Shown: in pieces, positions 9,681 through 18,914 of the stretch
Layout of the letters: each line of letters opens with the position of its first letter
How positions within the stretch are numbered: position 1 is the first letter of the stretch
Source of the DNA: Pseudomonas aeruginosa
GTDB lineage: Bacteria; Pseudomonadota; Gammaproteobacteria; Pseudomonadales; Pseudomonadaceae
Direction: 5' to 3'
Assembly: GCF_001457615.1 (NCBI RefSeq)
Contig: NZ_LN831024.1
Span: forward strand, 4,200,001-4,232,000
Length of the DNA stretch: 32,000 nt
Notes under the pieces: model-generated
Told to the model about the DNA's origin: nothing
Database searches by the model: none
The model's input: only the letters and a program-made list of their open reading frames with translations
Translations under genes and position numbers: made by a program

Positions 9681-10595
9681 ATGAGCCTGCGCCTTGAAGA
9701 CATACAGGCCTTCCTCAACGTGGTCGAGCTGGGCAGCATCAGCGCCGCCGCCGAACGCATGAGCCTGTCCAAGTCCGTGATCAGCAAACGCGTCAGCGAC
9801 CTGGAGCGCCACCTCGGCGTGCGCCTGCTCTACCGCTCGACGCGCAACGTCGAGCCGACCGAGGCCGGCGGCTTCTTCTACAAGTCGGCCAAGGCCTCGC
9901 TGCAGGACCTGAACAACGCCGCGGAAAGCGTGGCCCTGCGCGAGAACGACCTGTGCGGGGAATTGCGGGTGATGGCGCCGATGAGCTTCGGCACGCTCTG
10001 GCTGGGGCCGCTGGTGATGGAATTCATGGCGCGCAACCCGCGCCTGGAAGTGGTCCTGCAACTGGACGACCGGATCGTCGACTTCGAGAAGGAAGGCTAC
10101 GACCTGGCGATCCGCATCACCCGCCTGCAGGACAGCTCGCTGATCGCCCGCCAACTGGGCACCAGCCGCCGGGTAGTGTGTTGCAGCCCGGAATACCTGG
10201 AACGGCACGGCCCGCTGCAACGCATCGAAGACATCCTCTGCCATCCCTGCATCGGCTACAGCCACAACACCCCGTCGCAGCTATGGAGCTTCGAGCCGCG
10301 GGTGGCCGGCGAGCCGGCGCGGATGATCACCCCGCGCGGACGCTTCAACACCAACAACGGCCAGACCATGCGCGACGCCGCGGTGCGTGGCCTGGGCCTG
10401 GCGATGCTGCCGCTGTTCATCGCCGCCGAGGACCTGGCCGCCGGCCGGCTGGTCGAGGCCCTGCCGCAGGAGCGGCCGCTGGACGACCTGATCTACGCCA
10501 TGTATTCGCGAGCGGCAACCCTCTCGCCGAAGGTGAAGCTGTTCGTCCAGTTTCTCCAGCAGGCCCTGGGCAGCCCGCCGTGGGGCGTGCGCTGA
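9681..10595 (+). CDS. LysR family transcriptional regulator
   Basis: MSLRLEDIQAFLNVVELGSISAAAERMSLSKSVISKRVSDLERHLGVRLLYRSTR wHTH; divergent from the isochorismatase-like gene. Confidence 0.9.
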   Translation: MSLRLEDIQAFLNVVELGSISAAAERMSLSKSVISKRVSDLERHLGVRLLYRSTRNVEPTEAGGFFYKSAKASLQDLNNAAESVALRENDLCGELRVMAPMSFGTLWLGPLVMEFMARNPRLEVVLQLDDRIVDFEKEGYDLAIRITRLQDSSLIARQLGTSRRVVCCSPEYLERHGPLQRIEDILCHPCIGYSHNTPSQLWSFEPRVAGEPARMITPRGRFNTNNGQTMRDAAVRGLGLAMLPLFIAAEDLAAGRLVEALPQERPLDDLIYAMYSRAATLSPKVKLFVQFLQQALGSPPWGVR

Positions 10596-10602
10596 GCCTC
10601 GC

Positions 10603-11265
10603 TCAGCGCTTGCGACAGACGCTCAGCCCGTCGCCGATCGGCAGCAGCGAGTAGTCCACCCGCGCGTCGTTCTTCAGCGCCAGGTTGAGCTGCTGGATGC
10701 CGCGGGTATCCGCACTCTTCGGCTGCGCTTCGAGCACCCGGCCGCTCCACAGCACGTTGTCGAAAAGCACCAGCCCACCCTGGCGCACCAGCGCCAGCGC
10801 GGCCTCCAGGTATTCGGGGTAGTTGGCCTTGTCGGCGTCGATGAAGGCCAGGTCGAACTGCCCGGCCAGGCCTTCGTCGAGCAACGCACGCAGGGTTTCC
10901 AGGGCGGGCCCGAGGCGTAGCTCGATGCGCTCCTCGACAGCGGCTTCGCGCCAGTAGCGGCGCGCAGTCAGGTGGTAGTCGCCGGGCAGGTCGCAACAGG
11001 TAAGACGCCCCTGCTCGCCAAGGGCGGTAGCCATGCACAGGGCGCTGTAGCCGGTGAAGGTGCCGACCTCCAGCGCCCGCCGCGCGCCGATCAGGGTCAG
11101 CAGCAAGGCGATGAACTGGCCCTGCTCGGGGGCGATCTGCCAGCGTGCGTTGGGCAGCTTCGCGGTTTCCTCGCGCAGGCGGGTCATCAGCGGGGTTTCC
11201 CGCAGCGAAACGTCCAGCAGGTAGCGGTAGAGGTTGTCGTCGAGGTTGAGGGTGCGGGTGGTCAT
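10603..11265 (-). CDS. class I SAM-dependent O-methyltransferase
   Basis: ALEVGTFTGYSALCMATAL...FDLAFIDADKANYPEYLEAALALVRQGGLVLFDNVLW. Confidence 0.92.
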   Translation of the reverse strand: MTTRTLNLDDNLYRYLLDVSLRETPLMTRLREETAKLPNARWQIAPEQGQFIALLLTLIGARRALEVGTFTGYSALCMATALGEQGRLTCCDLPGDYHLTARRYWREAAVEERIELRLGPALETLRALLDEGLAGQFDLAFIDADKANYPEYLEAALALVRQGGLVLFDNVLWSGRVLEAQPKSADTRGIQQLNLALKNDARVDYSLLPIGDGLSVCRKR

Positions 11266-11284
11266 CGGCCCGGACCTCCCCGCC

Positions 11285-11818
11285 TCAGGGCACCCGCGCC
11301 AACGGCGACGGCGCGACCAGCACGCGCTTGGCGTCCAGGTACGCGCGTTGCCAGTAGCTGTTCTGCAGGCTGTCCAGGCGCACCGTGCCGCCGGTGCGCG
11401 GCGCATGCACGAAGCGACCCTCGCCGACGTAGATGCCGGCATGGCTCACGGTGCGACCACCGGAGGTGGCGAAGAACACCAGGTCGCCGGTCTGCAGGGC
11501 CTGCACCGGCACGCTGGGCGCGCGCATGGAAATCATCTCGCGGGTCGAGCGCGGCAGCTTGATGCCGGTCATGTCGCGGTAGACGAAGTTGATCAGGCCG
11601 CTGCAATCGAAGCCCGAATCGGGCGTGTTGCCGCCCCAGCGGTAGGGCGTGCCGACCAGGCCGAGGGCACGGAACAGCACATCGTCGGCGGCGGGCGAGA
11701 AATTCGTCGCCGGACGGAATACGACCTGTTTGGCGGGCGCGGGGGGCGGCGCTTTGCTGGCGCAGGCGGTAAGCAGCGCAGCAAAGGCGAGGATCGAGAA
11801 TCGGGCCAGTGCATGCAT
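11285..11818 (-). CDS. NlpC/P60 family lipoprotein
   Basis: Lipobox LTACAS; GTPYRWGGNTPDSGFDCSGLINFVYRD; HAGIYVGEGRFVHAPRTGG. Confidence 0.9.
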   Translation of the reverse strand: MHALARFSILAFAALLTACASKAPPPAPAKQVVFRPATNFSPAADDVLFRALGLVGTPYRWGGNTPDSGFDCSGLINFVYRDMTGIKLPRSTREMISMRAPSVPVQALQTGDLVFFATSGGRTVSHAGIYVGEGRFVHAPRTGGTVRLDSLQNSYWQRAYLDAKRVLVAPSPLARVP

Positions 11819-11900
11819 AGTGGAAGCCTTCCTGGTGAGGAATGCTTCCACTTTGCTACGACAAGGAGTTAAACGCAATACTTAAAGTAAAACTTTAAGT

Positions 11901-12518
11901 TTAGCGCTTGCTCGTCAGGGCATCCTTGTAGCCGGGTTCGAGCACCCGCTTGGCTTCCATGTAGCTCAGGCTCCAGTAGCTGGAGTCCAGGCTGTCCACC
12001 CGCACCCCGCCGCCGCGACGGCTGGCGGAATGGATGAACTGGCCATCGCCGATGTAGATGCCGGCGTGGCTGACGCGGCCACGGCCACGGTTGTTGAAGA
12101 ACAGCAGGTCGCCGGGCTGCAGCTCGTCCTTGGAGACCAGCGGTACGTCCATATCGATGAGTTCGCGGGTGGAGCGCGGCAGCTTGATGCCGGCCTCCTC
12201 GCGGAACAGGTAGCCGACGAAGCCGCTGCAATCGAAGCCTTTCGCCGTCGTACCGCCGAAACGGTACGGCGTACCGATCAGTTCGAAAGCGCGCTCGAGG
12301 ATGCTGGACGCCAGCGCAGGCGTACCAGCCGATGAATTGTCCGCCCCTTCGTCCTCAACATCCTGCCAAGCGATCGCGTCGCGTTCGACGTCGATGCTGC
12401 TCTTGGCTGCGGTCGGCTCTTTGGCGACCTGCGGCTCCGGCGAATGGCTGGCGCAAGCGGCCAGCAGCAGAACGAAACTCATGGGCACGAGGGGTGCTAA
12501 GCGTTTAAGCATGGGCAC
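11901..12518 (-). CDS. NlpC/P60 family lipoprotein
   Basis: Lipobox LLAACAS; GTPYRFGGTTAKGFDCSGFVGYLFREEAG; HAGIYIGDGQFIHSASRRGG. Confidence 0.9.
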   Translation of the reverse strand: MPMLKRLAPLVPMSFVLLLAACASHSPEPQVAKEPTAAKSSIDVERDAIAWQDVEDEGADNSSAGTPALASSILERAFELIGTPYRFGGTTAKGFDCSGFVGYLFREEAGIKLPRSTRELIDMDVPLVSKDELQPGDLLFFNNRGRGRVSHAGIYIGDGQFIHSASRRGGGVRVDSLDSSYWSLSYMEAKRVLEPGYKDALTSKR

Positions 12519-12583
12519 GACCGTGTCTCATTAGTTTTACTAGCGGGCTAATTTGCCTTCTCGATCAATCCTATGCAAGTTTT

Positions 12584-13354
12584 TTATCGATAAATGTGAC
12601 TTACCACCTGCGGCATGATGTCTAAGGCTCGTCCTGTCATTTTCACATCGACCCGCTCGCTGAGGTCGGTCACGCCAGGATTCACCTCCGCGGTGAAGCC
12701 TCCCGCCTGCCGCGTGCGCAGCACCGGTTCGACGATATAGGGGAAGCTCGCGGTGGTTCCCACCACCAGCACCGCATCGAAGCCTTTGCGCAATTCGCGG
12801 TACAGGGTATCGATCGCCTCTTCCGGCAACATTTCCTCGAACAGCACCACCGGCGGCCGCAGCACCCCACCGCAAGCGGCGCAGCGCGGCGGCAACTGGC
12901 CGTGCAGATGCTCCTCCAGGCCGCCGCTCTCGGCACCGCAGGACTGGCAGTAGAGCGGCGCCAGTTCGCCATGGATCTCGATCAGCCGCTCGGCCGGCGA
13001 GCCGGCCTGGCGATGGAAGCCGTCGATGTTCTGGGTCAGCACCCAGCATTCCGGCTTGTGCTTCTGCAACTCGGCGATGGCTTCGTGGCCGGCGTTGGGT
13101 CGGGCCGCCAGGCAAGCCTTGCCGAGTTCCGCGAGGTACTTCCAGCACAGCGCCGGATCGCGCCGCAGCATCGGTCCGGAAAGTGCCGCCTCGATCGGCA
13201 GGCCCTCTTCCGTGCGACCGTTGTAGAGACCGCCGAGGCCGCGATAGGTGGGCATACCGGAATCCGCGGAGAGGCCGGCGCCAGTGATGACCAGGATGCG
13301 TTCGGCGCGCCGCAGGGCCTGGGCGACGGTGGCGATCGGGCTGTGGCTGTCCAT
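12584..13354 (-). CDS. NAD-dependent protein deacylase (SIR2 family)
   Basis: ILVITGAGLSADSGMPTYRG; LTQNIDGFHRQAG; ELHG; paired CxxC zinc ligands CQSC / CAAC; VVGTTASFPYI. Confidence 0.9.
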   Translation of the reverse strand: MDSHSPIATVAQALRRAERILVITGAGLSADSGMPTYRGLGGLYNGRTEEGLPIEAALSGPMLRRDPALCWKYLAELGKACLAARPNAGHEAIAELQKHKPECWVLTQNIDGFHRQAGSPAERLIEIHGELAPLYCQSCGAESGGLEEHLHGQLPPRCAACGGVLRPPVVLFEEMLPEEAIDTLYRELRKGFDAVLVVGTTASFPYIVEPVLRTRQAGGFTAEVNPGVTDLSERVDVKMTGRALDIMPQVVSHIYR

Positions 13355-13366
13355 GGTTGGCTCCTG

Positions 13367-14767
13367 TCAGGCTGGCGGATCGAGGGAAGCCGGCAAGCCG
13401 AGCCGGCGCATGCGCCCGAGCAGGGTCGTGCGCGGAATCCGCAACCGGGCGGCGGCCCGGGAGAGATTGCCGCGCGCCTGGCGCAAGGCGTCTTCTATCA
13501 GGTTGCGCTCCTGTTGCGCCAGCGCCTCGCGCAGGCCTCCGACCGCCGCGCTGTTCATCGAGAGCGCGGCCTCGCCGCCCACGGCCTCGGCGCCATCGTC
13601 GGCGAACGCCACCTCATCCAGCAGTGCGCCGCCCTCCCCGTGCAGCAACAGGCTGCGTCGGATCACGTTTTCCAGTTGCCGGACGTTGCCCGGCCAGTCG
13701 CAGGCCAGCAACTGCGCCAGCGCCCGTTCGCCAAGGGCGGTGACACGTGGGTTGAGGCTGCGCGCATCGCGACGGACGAACGCCCGTGCCAGCAGTTCCA
13801 CATCGCCGGGGCGCTCGCGCAGCGGCGGGATGCACAGGCTGCCCACGTCCAGGCGGTAGTACAGGTCCTCGCGCAGGCGTCCCTCGGCGATCGCCTGGCG
13901 CGGCGGCTGGTTGCTCGCCGCGATCAGGCGTACGTCGGCCCGCTGCGGGCTCAGGCTGCCCAGAGGCAGGTAGCTGCCGTCCTGCAGGACCCGCAGCAGC
14001 TTGCTCTGCATGGCCATCGGCATGGAATTGATCTCGTCGAGGAACAAGCTGCCGCCCTGCGCCAGGGCGAACATGCCCTTGCGGTTCTCGGCGCCGGTGA
14101 AAGCGCCGCGGGTGGTGCCGAACAGGGTACTTTCCAGCAGCGTCTCGGGAATCGCTGCGCAGTTCAGGCTGATCATCGGACCGCTGCGTCGCGGGCTCAG
14201 GGCATGGGCGCGACGGGCGAACAGTTCCTTGCCGGTGCCGGTCTCGCCATGGATCAGCAGCGGCAGGTCGGTGGCGGCGAAAACGTCCAGGCGCTGCAAC
14301 TGCCGCAGCAGGCTCGGCGCCACGCTCAGGATGTTCGGGCAATCCGCCAGGCCTGCGGCCTCTTCGGTCTCGGCGACGACTTCGCCGAGTTCCATCGCGC
14401 CGAGCAGGCAACCGTCGCGCCCGCGCAGCGGGATCGCTCGGTGGCGATACTGCAACAGCTCGCCGCCGGCCCCCACGTAGGCCTGCAGCGTATCGATCGA
14501 CGGCCGCCCTTCGGCCAGGCAACGCAACAGAGTGCTTTGCTCGGCCGCCAGCCAGGGAGCGCTCTGCAACAGGTGCATGCCCAGCGCCCGCTGCGGGTCG
14601 AGACCATCGAGCAGGCCGCTGGCACGGTTGTAGTAGACGAAGCGACCGGAGGGGTCGACCACCGTGACCGGTTGCCGCAGGCCGTCGAAAATCGGCGCCA
14701 GGCAGTCCACCAACCAGGCCAGTTCACCGCTTCGCGTGGAAATCGTCGGCTCCTCGACAAGCGCCAT
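13367..14767 (-). CDS. ddaR: sigma-54-dependent transcriptional activator, PAS + AAA+ + Fis-type HTH; putative regulator of ddaH
   Basis: LLIHGETGTGKELFARRAH Walker A, MISLNCAAIPETLLESTLFG (GAFTGA downstream), C-terminal Fis HTH; divergent from ddaH. Confidence 0.85.
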   Translation of the reverse strand: MALVEEPTISTRSGELAWLVDCLAPIFDGLRQPVTVVDPSGRFVYYNRASGLLDGLDPQRALGMHLLQSAPWLAAEQSTLLRCLAEGRPSIDTLQAYVGAGGELLQYRHRAIPLRGRDGCLLGAMELGEVVAETEEAAGLADCPNILSVAPSLLRQLQRLDVFAATDLPLLIHGETGTGKELFARRAHALSPRRSGPMISLNCAAIPETLLESTLFGTTRGAFTGAENRKGMFALAQGGSLFLDEINSMPMAMQSKLLRVLQDGSYLPLGSLSPQRADVRLIAASNQPPRQAIAEGRLREDLYYRLDVGSLCIPPLRERPGDVELLARAFVRRDARSLNPRVTALGERALAQLLACDWPGNVRQLENVIRRSLLLHGEGGALLDEVAFADDGAEAVGGEAALSMNSAAVGGLREALAQQERNLIEDALRQARGNLSRAAARLRIPRTTLLGRMRRLGLPASLDPPA

Positions 14768-14875
14768 GCTCTCCCCCTCGGTTTCCCGGATGTCGAAATC
14801 TCGTCAGTTGTCCCATCTTCGACGCAGCGCGACCGAGCATCCTTGGCGTGGATCAACCAAGCCCTCGGAAAACCA

Positions 14876-14905
14876 GGAAAATCCTCCGATTTATCAAGGA
14901 TTTCC
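14876..14905. promoter_or_regulatory. inverted repeat, candidate activator (UAS) site for the sigma-54 activator
   Basis: GGAAAATCCT - 11 nt - AGGATTTCC dyad about 23 bp upstream of the -24 element. Confidence 0.45.
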
Positions 14906-14927
14906 AAGGCAATTCCCGGGCGTTGGC

Positions 14928-14943
14928 TGGCGCGTGGCTTGCA
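14928..14943 (+). promoter_or_regulatory. sigma-54 (-24/-12) promoter of ddaH
   Basis: TGGCGCGTGGCTTGCA: GG and GC elements separated by exactly 10 nt, 34 bp upstream of the ATG at 14978. Confidence 0.8.
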
Positions 14944-14977
14944 ACGACCTCGTCGTCCCCACACGAGGAAAATCGTC

Positions 14978-15742
14978 ATGTTCAAGCACATCATCGCTCG
15001 CACGCCCGCCCGCAGCCTGGTCGACGGCCTGACCTCCAGCCACCTCGGCAAGCCGGACTACGCCAAGGCCCTGGAGCAGCACAACGCCTACATCCGCGCC
15101 TTGCAGACCTGCGACGTGGACATCACCCTGCTGCCGCCGGACGAACGCTTCCCCGACTCGGTGTTCGTCGAGGACCCGGTGCTCTGCACCTCGCGCTGCG
15201 CCATCATCACCCGCCCCGGCGCCGAATCGCGGCGCGGCGAGACCGAGATCATCGAGGAAACCGTGCAGCGCTTCTATCCGGGCAAGGTCGAGCGCATCGA
15301 GGCACCCGGCACGGTGGAAGCCGGCGACATCATGATGGTCGGCGACCACTTCTACATCGGCGAATCGGCCCGCACCAACGCCGAGGGCGCCCGGCAGATG
15401 ATCGCGATCCTGGAGAAACATGGCCTCAGCGGCTCGGTGGTGCGCCTGGAAAAGGTCCTGCACCTGAAGACCGGGCTCGCCTACCTGGAACACAACAACC
15501 TGCTGGCCGCCGGCGAGTTCGTCAGCAAGCCGGAGTTCCAGGACTTCAACATCATCGAGATCCCCGAAGAGGAGTCCTACGCAGCCAACTGCATCTGGGT
15601 CAACGAAAGGGTGATCATGCCCGCCGGCTATCCCCGGACCCGCGAGAAGATCGCCCGCCTCGGCTACCGGGTGATCGAGGTGGACACCTCCGAATATCGC
15701 AAGATCGACGGCGGCGTCAGTTGCATGTCGCTGCGCTTCTGA
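14978..15742 (+). CDS. ddaH: N(G),N(G)-dimethylarginine dimethylaminohydrolase
   Basis: MFKHIIARTPARSLVDGLTSSHLGKPDYAKALEQH...FPDSVFVEDPVL...GGVSCMSLRF catalytic Cys context. Confidence 0.95.
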   Translation: MFKHIIARTPARSLVDGLTSSHLGKPDYAKALEQHNAYIRALQTCDVDITLLPPDERFPDSVFVEDPVLCTSRCAIITRPGAESRRGETEIIEETVQRFYPGKVERIEAPGTVEAGDIMMVGDHFYIGESARTNAEGARQMIAILEKHGLSGSVVRLEKVLHLKTGLAYLEHNNLLAAGEFVSKPEFQDFNIIEIPEEESYAANCIWVNERVIMPAGYPRTREKIARLGYRVIEVDTSEYRKIDGGVSCMSLRF

Positions 15743-15846
15743 ACCATGCCGCGGCGGACCGACCCGCCGCCTCCCGCCGTCGCACCCCGGCGCAGGCTCC
15801 GCCTGCGCCTGGCGCGACATACCGGATGCAGTTTCGGAGGTGCCAC

Positions 15847-17265
15847 ATGGCCGATTCGGACAAGGGAAAACTGGGGCTGCCGGCGCTGACCGCGCTGGTG
15901 GTGGGCGGCATCATCGGCAGCGGCATCTTCAGCCTGCCGCAGAACATGGCCGAAGGCGCAGGCGCCGGCGCGATCCTGATCGCCTGGGCGATCACCTTCG
16001 TCGGCATGCTGACCCTGACGCGGATATTCCAGTGGCTGTCGACCACCCGCCCCGAACTGGACGACGGCGTCTACGGCTACGCCCGCGAAGGCTTCGGCGA
16101 ATACCTGGGGTTCAATGCCGCCTGGGGCTACTGGATTTCCGCCTGGGTCGGCAACGCCGGCTACCTGGTGGTGCTGTTCAGCGCCCTCGGCTCGTTCGGC
16201 GCGCTGGCCTTCTTCGGCGACGGAACCACCTGGCCGGCGCTGCTCGGCGAATTGACGGTGCTCTGGCTGATGCATGCCTTCGTCCTCCACGGCGTGCACA
16301 ACGCGGCGATCACCAACGCCATCGTGACCCTCGCCAAGGTGGTGCCGATCGCCCTGTTCATCCTCTGCGTAGCCCTGGCCTTCCGCATCGAGACCTTTCA
16401 CCTGGACTTCTGGGGCAGCCCGGCCCTGGGCAGCGTCACCCGCCAGGTGGAAACCACCATGCTCTACACCGTCTGGGTATTCCTCGGCATCGAGAGCGCC
16501 ACGGTCTATGCCAGCCACGCGCGGCACGCGGCCGATGTCAGCCGCGCAACCCTGCTCGGCTTCGTGGTCACCCTGCTGTTGCTGGTCTGCGTCTCGGTGC
16601 TGTCGCTGGGCGTGGTGCCGCAGCACGAACTGGCGCAGATGAAGAACCCCTCGATGGCCCAGGTGATGGCCGCGGCGGTGGGCCCCTGGGGCGCCACGCT
16701 GATCAACGTCGGGCTGATCGTCTCGGTCGGCGGCGCGCTGCTGGCCTGGACCATGCTCGCGGTGGAAATGCTCTACCTGGCCAGCCGTGGCCCAACGCAC
16801 ACCGCGCCGGCACTGTTCGGCCGCACCAATGCGGTGGAAACCCCGGCGCCGGCACTGTGGCTGACCAGCACGCTGATCTCTGCGCTGCTGCTGGTGGCCT
16901 TCCTCAACGCCTCGGGCTACAACGCGCTGATCCAGTTGGCCACCTCGATGGCGCTGATCCCCTACCTGCTCTGCGCCGGCTTCTGCCTGAAGCTGGTGGC
17001 GCGCCGCCCGCACTCGGGCGCGATGCTGGCGCTGGCGCTGTTGGGGACGCTCTACGGGGTCTGGCTGATCTACGCCGCCGGGCTGAAATACCTGCTGCTG
17101 TCGATGATCCTCTACGCGCCGGGCCTCGGCTTCTTCCTGCATGCCCGTCGCCAGCGCGGCCTGCCGGCGTTCGGCAATCGCGCCGAAGGCAGCGTCGCGG
17201 CGCTGGTGCTGGTCCTCGCGCTGGCGGCGCTATGGATGATCGGCAGCGGTCGGCTGAGCCTCTAG
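15847..17265 (+). CDS. APC-family basic amino acid permease/antiporter
   Basis: MADSDKGKLGLPALTALVVGGIIGSGIFSLPQNMAEGAGAG typical arginine/ornithine antiporter-like N-terminus; 12-TM hydrophobicity. Confidence 0.9.
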   Translation: MADSDKGKLGLPALTALVVGGIIGSGIFSLPQNMAEGAGAGAILIAWAITFVGMLTLTRIFQWLSTTRPELDDGVYGYAREGFGEYLGFNAAWGYWISAWVGNAGYLVVLFSALGSFGALAFFGDGTTWPALLGELTVLWLMHAFVLHGVHNAAITNAIVTLAKVVPIALFILCVALAFRIETFHLDFWGSPALGSVTRQVETTMLYTVWVFLGIESATVYASHARHAADVSRATLLGFVVTLLLLVCVSVLSLGVVPQHELAQMKNPSMAQVMAAAVGPWGATLINVGLIVSVGGALLAWTMLAVEMLYLASRGPTHTAPALFGRTNAVETPAPALWLTSTLISALLLVAFLNASGYNALIQLATSMALIPYLLCAGFCLKLVARRPHSGAMLALALLGTLYGVWLIYAAGLKYLLLSMILYAPGLGFFLHARRQRGLPAFGNRAEGSVAALVLVLALAALWMIGSGRLSL

Positions 17266-17266
17266 C

Positions 17267-17938
17267 TCAATGATTGACCGTATGCGCCAGCATCACCGAC
17301 AGCTGGCACAGCGGCCGACCGCTCTCCTCGCGCCACTGGTTGAAGGCTCCCTGGACGGCCGCCAGGTCCTTGAGGCTGGTGGGCGGTTTGTCGATGATCT
17401 CCTGGGCCTTCAGCGCGGCGACCATGTCGTCGCTGGGAATGAAGGTATCCTTGCCGGCCATCCGCAGGAAACGCGGCGCCGACAAGCCGCCGAGCTGGTT
17501 GCCGCGCTTGGACAGCAGCTTCCACAGGCCGACGATGTCGGTTTCCGGCCAATCCGCGAGGAAGTTGCCGAAGCTGCCATGCTCGCGGGCCAGGTCGAGC
17601 ACCATCTGCGCATTGCGCGGCACGCTCTTGAGCTTGCCCAGGTGGCGGATCAGGCGGGCGTCCTGCATCAGCCGCTCGAGATGCTCGGCGCTCATGAGCA
17701 CGACCTTCTGCGGATCGAAGCCGAAGAACACTTCCTCGAAGGCCGGCCACTTGGCGTCCACCAGGCTGTGCTTGAGGCCGGCGCGGAAGATCCGCAGGCT
17801 GATCAGCGACAGGTAGCGGTCGTCACCCACCGCGCGCAGCTCGGCGGCGCTCTTCGGCTGCGGCAGGCGCGCTTCCAGCGCCTCCCTGGAGCCGAAGCGG
17901 TTCAGGCAGTATTCGTACATCCAGGCGTAGTCGCGCAT
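17267..17938 (-). CDS. DNA-3-methyladenine glycosylase I-like protein
   Basis: ORF MRDYAWMYEYCLNRFGSREALEARLPQPKSAAELRAVGDDRYLSLISLRIFRAGLKHSLVDAKWPAFEEVFFGFD resembles Tag-family proteins. Confidence 0.65.
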   Translation of the reverse strand: MRDYAWMYEYCLNRFGSREALEARLPQPKSAAELRAVGDDRYLSLISLRIFRAGLKHSLVDAKWPAFEEVFFGFDPQKVVLMSAEHLERLMQDARLIRHLGKLKSVPRNAQMVLDLAREHGSFGNFLADWPETDIVGLWKLLSKRGNQLGGLSAPRFLRMAGKDTFIPSDDMVAALKAQEIIDKPPTSLKDLAAVQGAFNQWREESGRPLCQLSVMLAHTVNH

Positions 17939-17984
17939 CGGGAATCCTTGCAGACCGGAGAGAAGAACTGACCCGCGGCGCGGC

Positions 17985-18809
17985 TCAGAGGTTCATCACG
18001 TCGAGGAAGCGCGGCGTGGCGTTCTCGTCGATGCGCAGGTTGGCGAAGTCGAACAGGTTGCGGTCGGCCAGTTGCGACGGCACCACGTTCTGCAGGGCGC
18101 GGAACATGATCTCGGTACGCCCCGGCGACTTGCGTTCCCATTCCAGCAGCATTTCCTTGACCACCTGGCGCTGCAGGTTCTCCTGCGAACCGCAGAGGTT
18201 GCAGGGGATGATCGGGAACTCCTTGAGCTGGGAATAGGCCTCGATGTCCTTCTCGCTGCAATAGGCCAGCGGCCGGATCACCACGTTGCGCCCGTCGTCG
18301 GCCAGCAGCTTCGGCGGCATGGCCTTCAGGGTGCCGCCGTAGAACATGTTGAGGAAGAAGGTTTCGAGGATGTCGTCGCGATGGTGACCGAGGGCCATCT
18401 TGGTCGCGCCGATCTCGTCGGCGAAGGTGTACAGCGTGCCGCGGCGCAGGCGCGAGCACAGCGAGCAGGTGGTCTTGCCTTCCGGGATCTTCTCCTTGAC
18501 CACCGAGTAGGTGTCCTTCTCGACGATGTGGTACTCCACGCCGATCGACTTCAGGTACTCCGGCAGGACGTGCTCGGGAAAACCGGGCTGCTTCTGGTCC
18601 ATGTTCACCGCGACGATCTCGAAGCGGATCGGCGCGACCTTCTGCAGGTAGAGCAGGATGTCGAGCATGGTGTAGCTGTCCTTGCCGCCGGACAGGCAGA
18701 CCATGACCTTGTCGCCATCCTCGATCATGTTGAAGTCGGTGATGGCCTCGCCGGCCAGGCGGCGCAGGCGCTTCTGCAGTTTGTTCTGATTGACCGAAAG
18801 GGTGCCCAT
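17985..18809 (-). CDS. ttcA: tRNA 2-thiocytidine(32) synthetase
   Basis: PP-loop [21 protein letters not shown]; CxxC motifs CSLC and CNLC; [38 protein letters not shown]. Confidence 0.95.
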   Translation of the reverse strand: MGTLSVNQNKLQKRLRRLAGEAITDFNMIEDGDKVMVCLSGGKDSYTMLDILLYLQKVAPIRFEIVAVNMDQKQPGFPEHVLPEYLKSIGVEYHIVEKDTYSVVKEKIPEGKTTCSLCSRLRRGTLYTFADEIGATKMALGHHRDDILETFFLNMFYGGTLKAMPPKLLADDGRNVVIRPLAYCSEKDIEAYSQLKEFPIIPCNLCGSQENLQRQVVKEMLLEWERKSPGRTEIMFRALQNVVPSQLADRNLFDFANLRIDENATPRFLDVMNL

Positions 18810-18914
18810 GGTGCTCTGGAATCCGGGTGTTCGAGGAGAAAAGCTGGCTATTTTACGCACAAATCGGCAAAGCCGAATCAGCGCTCATAACTAATTGATA
18901 TGCAAAGGAAAAAT

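Noticed and set aside
12902-15742. 946-aa plus-strand ORF spanning antisense to the sirtuin and ddaR and running into ddaH
   Set aside because: Long open frame is a high-GC antisense artefact; only the portion from 14978 (ddaH) is supported.
18810-18914. tRNA gene as the integration target
   Set aside because: No cloverleaf or tRNA 3' end recognisable next to either end of the prophage in this window.
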